Positions 35,578 to 43,114 of a stretch of 43,114 bases of DNA are shown here, piece after piece. Every line of letters starts with the position of its first letter. The stretch's first letter is position 1. The notes below the pieces were generated by a model. The model was not told the origin of the DNA, searched no databases, and was given only the letters and a program-made list of their open reading frames with translations. The position numbers and the translations under genes were made by a program. This DNA comes from Octopus bimaculoides (lineage: Eukaryota): the NCBI RefSeq assembly GCF_001194135.2, contig NC_068985.1, positions 85,059,101 through 85,102,214 on the forward strand, written 5' to 3'.

Positions 35578-36245
35578 AGAAGGCAACGAGCTGGTAGAAT
35601 CATTAACACATTGGACAAAATGCTTATTGGTATTTCTTCCATCTTTATGTTCTGAGTTCAGATACTGCCAAAGTTGTCTTGACCTTTCATTTGTTTGGGA
35701 TTGAAAAAATAATAAGTTGAGCATTGGGGTCGATGTAATAAACTATCTCCTCTCCCAAATTTTCAGGCCTTCTGCCTATAGAAGAAAGGTTTATTATTAT
35801 TATTAAGGCTGCAAGCTAGCAGAATTGTTAGCACGCCAGGCGAAGTGCCGCTACGTTCTGAGTTCCAATTCTGCCAGGGTCGACTTTGCCTTTCATCCTT
35901 TTGGGGTTGATTAAATAAGTACCAGTTACACACTGGGGTCGATGTAATCAACTTAATCCCCTTCCCCTAGTTGCCTTTGTGGCAAAAACTTGAAATCATT
36001 ACTATTATTATTATTATTATCATTATTATTAAGACAGTGAGTTGGCAGAATCATTAACATGCTGGTCGAAATGCCTATCAGCATTTACTCTGTCTGTACA
36101 TTCTGAATTCAAATTATGCCAAGGGTGACTTTGCCTTTCATCCTTTTGGAGTCAATAAATAAAGTATCAGTTACACAGTGGGGTTGATGTAATCAACTGA
36201 TCCCCTCCCCACAAAATTTAGACCGTGTGCCTATAGTAGAAAGGA
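35578..36245 (+). mobile_element. Three tandem SINE family C copies (35578-35795, 35805-36000, 36032-36245) joined by (att)n
   Basis: Each begins (g)agctggcagaat-like and contains ttctgagttc...gactttgcctttcatcc...agtaccagtt. Confidence 0.8.
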
Positions 36246-36919
36246 TTGTTGCTGTTGGTGGCAGTGGCAAAATGCTTAGTGACATTTTCAACTTTGCATT
36301 CTGAGTTCTCAGTAAAATCGTCCAACCCATGCTAGCATGNNNNNNNNNNNNNNNNNNNNNNNNNNNNNNNNNNNNNNNNNNNNNNNNNNNNNNNNNNNNN
36401 NNNNNNNNNNNNNNNNNNNNNNNNNNNNNNNNNNNNNNNCATATATGTGTGTGTATGACATATAGATATATAATCCGCACATGCACACACACAGTTATGT
36501 ACCAGTCTATTTTCATCTCGATTGCAAATGAATAAGGTTATTTGGTTGGGTGGAGCGAGGAGATGTGCAGGTGGGTGGCATCGAGAAAGAGTCACAATAG
36601 CAGCAGTATTGGTGGCTGCGTTGGGTGGTGTGTAAGGGGGTTGAGATGATGTTTGATGATTTTAGTTTATTTACTCAAAGATTTCAAATATTTAGTCTAT
36701 CTCTCATTTTGCTTCCTGATAAAACATATCATATTCTCTGACACTCCTCATATTCAACCTGTATAAATATTTGATTTCCCATTTATTCTGTGTATATTTT
36801 GCTTTATCAATGATTTGTTCTTAAGTATTGTTTTTTTTTGTTGTTTTTTTGTTTTGTTTTTTGTTTGCTTTTCTATTGTAGATTTGGTTTTGTCCCTTTA
36901 TTGTTAAATAATTATTTTA

Positions 36920-37185
36920 AGACTAGAAACTATTAGTATTATTATTGACATTGTTATTAATATTTTTGTTGTTCTTATTATTGTCATTATCAATATTATT
37001 ATTATTATTACCATTATTAATATTATTGTTATTGGGGTTGTTGCTATTTGACTCAGTAATTACACATGTATCACTAATAATAGTAATAACAACAATAATA
37101 ATAGAAGTAATAATCGTAACAACAATAATAATAATTGTTATAATAATGACAATAATAACATTAATAATAATAATAACAGTGTATT
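36920..37185. repeat. Degenerate (TAT)n/(AAT)n low-complexity tract
   Basis: Directly visible; switches from T-rich to A-rich triplets near 37060. Confidence 0.85.
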
Positions 37186-37522
37186 TTTCAATCTGAATTT
37201 AATCCTCATCATTTTCCAGACAAATTCAAAGTATAAACAACAGCATCCGGAAGGTTCAGGAGTTTAGTCTTCATTCAATTCCCCTTTTTTAAAATTTATT
37301 ATTTTTTTTTGTGTTTGTTCTTGGTTTTTACAATAACCCTTCTTCTTCACATTTCATTGTGTTTATCCAGCTAGCATTTATTTATGAAATGACTGTCCAT
37401 GCTATCATGCAGACGTATCCATGATGGACACTTACACACACAAAGAGGTGTGTGTGTGTGTGTGTGTATGTATGTATTATATATATCTATGTATATGCCT
37501 CTCTCTCTCATGTGTATGTTTG

Positions 37523-37581
<59 letters not shown>

Positions 37582-38338
37582 GTGTGTATATGGGGAGGTG
37601 TATACCTATACATATTTTATGTCTATATATATATGTGTGTTTGTGTGTACATATGTATATTAATACATACAAATATATACATATATGTATATACACACAG
37701 TTGCATATATATATGCGTTTATTTATGTGTAATTCATATATAAGTATGCATATACATTTCTTTATATGTATGTTTGGGAATATATGCGTGTGTCTATATA
37801 TATATATATATATATAGGTAGATAGATAGGTGATGATAAATATACATACACATGCAATATGTACGCAAATATATATGGAATTTTTAATTTCCTTTGTACT
37901 CTTATTTCATTACTTAAATGAGTGCTTTGTGTGTGCATCCATGTCTATACATCCATCCATCCATTCATACATATGTACACATGCATACATATATATGTAT
38001 GTACATGCATATGTGTGTGTGTCGCCATGTGCTTACATATCACCATGTGTATGCATGTACGTAAGTGTATTTTCATCTCTTTTGCTTTTTAATTTCCGTT
38101 GAAAGCCAAAAGGAAATCCTTTCTCAGATTTTCCTGTGATAGTCCAAGGAACATTCTTAATTTGAGGCATAACATTAAATCATCCTCAGATTTCATTTCT
38201 TGATTTAGAAATTTTTATTTTGAAATTTATATTTTTACTAATAATATATGTTTTTCCAGCTATTCTGTTGCAATTTTAATGTTTGGGCATGTTTCTTTTT
38301 CAAATGTTCAAACTAGATTGACCATAATTTTTAATGAG

Positions 38339-38379
<41 letters not shown>

Positions 38380-38889
38380 NNNNNNNNNNNNNNNNNNNNN
38401 NNNNNNNNNNNNNNNNNNNNNNNNNNNNNNNNNNNNNNNNNNNNNNNNNNNNNNNNNNNNNNNNNNNNNNNNNNNNNNNNNNNNNNNNNNNNNNNNNNNN
38501 NNNNNNNNNNNNNNNNNNNNNNNNNNNNNNNNNNNNNNNNNNNNNNNNNNNNNNNNNNNNNNNNNNNNNNNNNNNNNNNNNNNNNNNNNNNNNNNNNNNN
38601 NNNNNNNNNNNNNNNNNNNNNNNNNNNNNNNNNNNNNNNNNNNNNNNNNNNNNNNNNNNNNNNNNNNNNNNNNNNNNNNNNNNNNNNNNNNNNNNNNNNN
38701 NNNNNNNNNNNNNNNNNNNNNNNNNNNNNNNNNNNNNNNNNNNNNNNNNNNNNNNNNNNNNNNNNNNNNNNNNNNNNNNNNNNNNNNNNNNNNNNNNNNN
38801 NNNNNNNNNNNNNNNNNNNNNNNNNNTTCTTTCAAACTTTGGTTTCTTTGATCATAATTCCCATGAAGTTTGTGATATATTATCATCAG

Positions 38890-38958
<69 letters not shown>

Positions 38959-39654
38959 CATTATTATTATTGAATTCTTCAAAATTTCATGTTTTATCAT
39001 GGTATTATTGAAAGAAAACATTGCTGTATATATTTTTTTGTATCTAAAGCCTTAGTAGTATTTTCATTGATAAAGATGTGTACTTTGTATTTTAGTTGGA
39101 TTATCTGTAATCCCTGTGAGTCTTCATCAAACCTAATCTAAATTCAATGAAAATTTTCCACAAGTATTTTTGTCATCAACCTTCTTTTGTTAATGTACAT
39201 ATTTTCTTCATTTGTTTGTTTTTTTTTAACCGTTTTAACCTCACCAGAAGAATGATGCTCAAAAGATGCACAAAGATCCCTTGCCGATGTGACATTTTGC
39301 ACTTAAATACTCAACTGTCAGGTCATGTCACACCTTTACAAAATAATTTTATTTTTAATAGTTTTAAATTAATTTTTAATTTTCTTGTCATAGATGGTTG
39401 TTTATATTCTTCTCATTTATATAGAATATTGGAGTAAAAAAATTTTGTCTTCTCTTTTGTATTGTAGTGAAGAGCTGATAAAATATTTGTTGATAAAGCA
39501 ATAAAAATCAACCATTTGAAATATCTATTTCGGATTTCGTAAGAAATTTAAGGACTGTTTCGTTTTAATATGAATCTTTACAATATTTAAAGAAAAGTCT
39601 GGAATGAATCAAGATATTATGACCTGAAGTACAGAAATCATTTGATGTAACAAT

Positions 39655-39812
39655 AATGGTTTCAAATTTTGGCATGGGGCAATCAGTTCTTGAGAAGAGA
39701 GTTATATCGATCCCAGTCAACTTCAGTGGAATTTGAACTCAGAAATGTAAAACCAAAAGAAATGCTGCTAAGCATTTTGTTCAGCATGCTAATGTTTCTG
39801 CCTGCTCACCTC
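39655..39812 (-). mobile_element. SINE family C fragment
   Basis: ggaatttgaactcagaa...gctaagcattttgttcagcatgctaatgtttctgcctgctc is the reverse complement of the family-C head. Confidence 0.65.
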
Positions 39813-40121
39813 TTTCTAATTTTAGCACAAGGTCAGCAGTTTTGATGGAGCCTCAGTCAGTCAGTCTAATCATGTGTTGATTGAAGATCTTACTGTATTT
39901 ACTCAATTGTAGGCAATGCTTATCCAAAGCTGCAAAACATTTTGTGGGAAAGTTAGTATCTATTTGCCTACCAAATACCACATCATACCGCACTATAGTC
40001 CTCGATTTAATCATTCTTTTGTGGGATCATTATTATTTTTGAAAGTTGACCGATTTTCATTTAATCTATCTATTTTTGTAAGGGGTTTACCTACAGTGTT
40101 GTTTTAATACTTGCCTATATT

Positions 40122-40443
40122 AGGCAGTTGTTAGAGCGTTGAGCTTACGATTGTGAGGTTGTGAGTTCGAATCCCGAACCAGGCTGTGTGTTGTGTTCTT
40201 AAGCAAGACACTTTATTTCACGTTGCTCCAGTTCACTCAGCTGTAGAAATGAATTGCGACGTCACTGGTGCCAAGCTGCATCGGCCTTTGCCTTTCCCTT
40301 GGATAACACTGATGGCATGAAGAGGAGAGGCTGGTATGCATGGGCAACTGCTGATCTTCCATAAACAGCCTTGCCCGGACTTGTGCCTGGGAGGGTAACT
40401 TTCTAGGTGCAATCCCATGGTTAGTCATGACCAAAGGGGGTCT
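40122..40443 (+). mobile_element. tRNA-derived SINE
   Basis: B-box-like gagttcgaatccc head and a tgtgttcttaagcaagacactttatttcac central domain. Flanked by atattag direct repeats. Confidence 0.75.
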
Positions 40444-41462
40444 CAGCATATTAGTATCACTCAATACTTTCCATAAAGAGTGTTGCTCATATTTTTGGTG
40501 CCTGTTTTAGTATTGCTTAAATTACTAAATTTGCTACAGGGTTTAACTGCACTTTTGTCATGTTTGGCTAAATTAGTATTGTCTATGTTATCCCAATCTG
40601 TTAAGCAATTATTTTCACTATAGCTTTTCTGAGCATTACTAACAGATTTCACATTTTGCTTATGGCAGATTTTCCAGTTATTTACACTATTCCTGTTATC
40701 CATAACTGCTAGGTTCTAAGTCTTATTTCTATTTATATGTTCATTTAGTTCATTCCTAGGGACATATACACATTAACTTATTTCTATGTCCTGCTTCTGC
40801 CAGTGCAGTGCATGCATGTGTGTCAATGTAAATATGCATTTAGCACTTTGCATCCAAAAATGGTGATCTCCAAATGACTTTGTTTTTTGATCTTCCTTAG
40901 TAACAAATTATCTACTAGCTTTGTACTCTTGAAAAAACAAGAAGAGCAAAATGAAAAGTGTGTGTGACTGGAAGAGCATCTCACTGTAAAACAATACCTC
41001 AGCCATGTATATTTACTTAATCCAAACTAACTTAGAAAATTTAAATTTGGATGTAAAAATGAACACACACACACATACACATACTAGCAAATGCACCTGT
41101 CCTTTGGACGATGTAATTTATTATAATGGTGCATTCCTTTGGTTGAATCAGCCCACAGTTAGAAGTCGTTGCAAGTTGATAAATGTAGAATGTATAATTA
41201 CCAATTTCGTTAGCAGTTTATTATATGGTATTAAGCAACCTAGGTAATGAATAAAGGTTTTTGAACCCATATTTGGCAGTTAGTAATAAATGAAAGTCCA
41301 TGAAATGAGATCGCAATTGCAGTAGGCATTAGGGATCCTATGTCTTACCTGAAGTGTTTTGTAGCATGTAGTTATTTTCCTCGTAATGCCTGTCAAAACC
41401 GGATTGAAGCTTTTTTCAATGTAAGTTATATATAATAAAAGCTCATCAACTGACCAATGGCT

Positions 41463-42167
41463 TTAATGTGCCCCTACACAATTTGCATTGGTTTGAAGTT
41501 GTATTATCCTTTGTTCATCCATTTCTGAAGCCCTTGCAGTGGACATTGAAGCAGCATTCAAAGCCTAACTGTTTGTGCGCTGTGCTGGTGACTCTGCAGC
41601 CCTTGCAGCAGTAGTAGTATCAGCATTACACTTCCTTTGGGTGGTGCATTGTGATGGTGATTCTGCAGCCCGTACAGCAGCAGTAGTTTTAGCATTACAT
41701 GCCCTCCGGGCTGTGCATTGTTGTGGTGACTGTGAAGCCCTTGTAGCATGACACTTCCTTCAGGCTGTGCGCTGTTGTGGAGAGTTTGCAGTCGTTGCAG
41801 CTGAAGCATTTTTGGCAAGATATGCCAACCAGATAGCCTGTTGTTGAGGTGGCTCAGTAGCCATTACAGCTGAAGCATTTTTGGCAAGACATGCCAATAG
41901 GATAGTCCATTGTTGAGGTGACTCAGTAGCCCTAGCGGCAGCAACAGTTGCAGCATGACAGGCTCGGCAGGTCACAAGCTCTTCTTCAGACTTTGAAGCC
42001 TTAACAGTTTCAGGTGCATGTACTGCATAAGCAGTGGCATTATAGGCAGCCTGCTAGGACAGTCTGTGGGACCTCTGGTCTTGAGTTTCGTTATCCTGAT
42101 ATCTTCTGGCTTTGATGGCAGCATGAGTCGGTCTACCAATGCGAGCTCGCTTTCTCCTAGGTGACAT
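41463..42167 (-). pseudogene. 23-aa-repeat (STPR-like) N-terminus typical of Helitron ORFs; single frame with 3 internal stops
   Basis: MSPRRKRARIGRPTHAAIKARRYQDNETQDQRSHRL, then 69-bp units ATESPQQWTILLACLAKNASAVM / ATEPPQQQAIWLAYLAKNASAAT / ASQSPQQCTARRACNAKTTAAVR / AAESPSQCTTQRKCNADTTTAAR / AAESPAQRTNS*ALNAASMSTAR. Stops at 42054, 41760 and 41565. Confidence 0.7.
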
Positions 42168-42338
42168 TCCAGGATTATCTGCAAAGTGAAGGTAGAGGGG
42201 GAGTGATAAGTCGAATGCTTGAGTGATGTTTGTTGTACTATTGTTTGCTGAGTGGGTTCTGAAAATTGTCATAATGGCCTTAGGAAGGGTTGAGACATCT
42301 GAGCCTTAGGGCATTCTGGCTAAACATTGTCTTAATGT

Positions 42339-42618
42339 ATTTAAAAGATAATTAAAAGTTGATTCAAATTGCACGGCTACCTTAAGGAAGTGCTAAATTG
42401 CAAATATCAGCAGTTTTCAGTGTATGGGTATTGTAAAAACTGTATAACTGTCACGATTTGATATGAGTAAAAGCAGAGAATATATATATAATATGGATTA
42501 ACTTCTAAAGGCATTTAAAAAATAATTAATAGTTGATTTAAATTGCATGGCTACCTGAAGCAAGTGCTAATGTGCAAATATCGGCTGTTTGCAGTTAATG
42601 GGCATTGTAAGAACTGTA
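42339..42618 (+). repeat. About 105-bp direct repeat pair (42339-42444, 42513-42618)
   Basis: aagttgattcaaattgcacggctaccttaaggaagtgctaa vs atagttgatttaaattgcatggctacctgaagcaagtgctaa; offset 174. Confidence 0.85.
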
Positions 42619-42851
42619 GTAGAAGACAAAATGAAGGCAGCATAACTACAACATCAAGAGTAATGTCCCTTGAAGCAACGATCGTTGGTATTTGTTATTT
42701 ACCTTTGAGATGGTGCTTTTGTTCCCTAGGGACAGCATTACTCATTATGTGGAAAATTTGAAGAGTCTATGACCATCTCTGGAACATAAGTGATGTATGT
42801 TCTCTGTGAATGAAATCGGATGAACAATATTGATTTTAAGGAGGATAAAAA

Positions 42852-42882
<31 letters not shown>

Positions 42883-42913
42883 TCTTCCGTTTTATTATAT
42901 ATATAAATATATA

Positions 42914-43080
42914 GGTGCAGGCATGACTGTATGGTAAGAAATTTGCTTCTCAACCACATGGTTCCGGGTTCAGTTCCATTGCATAGCACCTTGGGCAAGT
43001 GTCTTCTACTATAGCCTTGGGCCAAGCAAAGCCATGTGAGTGGATTTGGTAGACAGAAACTGAAAGAAGCCTATTGTGTG
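42914..43080 (+). mobile_element. SINE family B, 5' half (runs to the window end)
   Basis: ggtgcaggcatgactgtatggtaag...gcaccttgggcaagtgtcttctactatagcc...aaactgaaagaagcc. Confidence 0.85.

Positions 43081-43114
<34 letters not shown>

Larger units (their letters stand above)
39020..40900 (-). pseudogene. Penelope-like element remnant (RT thumb, linker, possible GIY-YIG trace), interrupted by two SINEs
   Basis: RTIVRYDVVFGRQIDTNFPTKCFAALDKHCLQLSKYSKIFNQHMIRL (about 40000-39860) parallels the PLE linker RNIIWFNPPF...TN...KF..LIDKHF...Y.KIFNR..IKL. TALAEAGHRNKL (about 40810-40770) parallels Y..AL..SGY..KL. The endonuclease trace near 39050-39170 is weak. Confidence 0.55.

Noticed and set aside
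38830-38980. Possible poly-Asn exon (NFEEFNNNN...ADDNISQTSWEL) on the minus strand
   Set aside because: It is bounded by stops on both sides and is mostly (AAT)n microsatellite.

Overview
AT-rich, microsatellite-laden eukaryotic scaffold with 8 N-gaps (5948-6884, 11310-11912, 19524-19635, 23912-24415, 26753-26932, 27512-27606, 36340-36439, 38380-38826). The SINE and MITE families look like those I recall from Octopus genomes, so a coleoid cephalopod source is inferred, not proven. No complete host gene is visible. The best candidate is a minus-strand ATG exon (1008-877, MAKHRCPLSFLDRNS). A promoter-like patch at about 30.1-30.4 kb contains a 31-bp-stem hairpin. The window is mostly a layered transposon graveyard: a decayed hAT transposase (12.55-14.52 kb), a Helitron Rep/PIF1 fragment (17.4-18.7 kb), a Tx1/L1-type LINE fragment (24.4-25.2 kb), a mariner split by a Mutator-like insert with an 8-bp TSD (27.0-28.4 kb), a gag-only Gypsy-type LTR remnant (30.6-31.7 kb), a Penelope-like remnant (39.0-40.9 kb) and a 23-aa-repeat (STPR-like) Helitron N-terminus (41.5-42.2 kb), plus many SINEs, MITEs and long palindromes. 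Right of about 31-32 kb the repeats show strong CpG decay, suggesting a methylated gene body. Most ORF-track entries are microsatellite or gap artefacts. I found no convincing new multi-gene system. The most interesting leads are the hairpins, the methylation boundary, the frameshift-free STPR frame and the nested insertions. All protein-family calls are by motif recognition from manual translation, with no database search.
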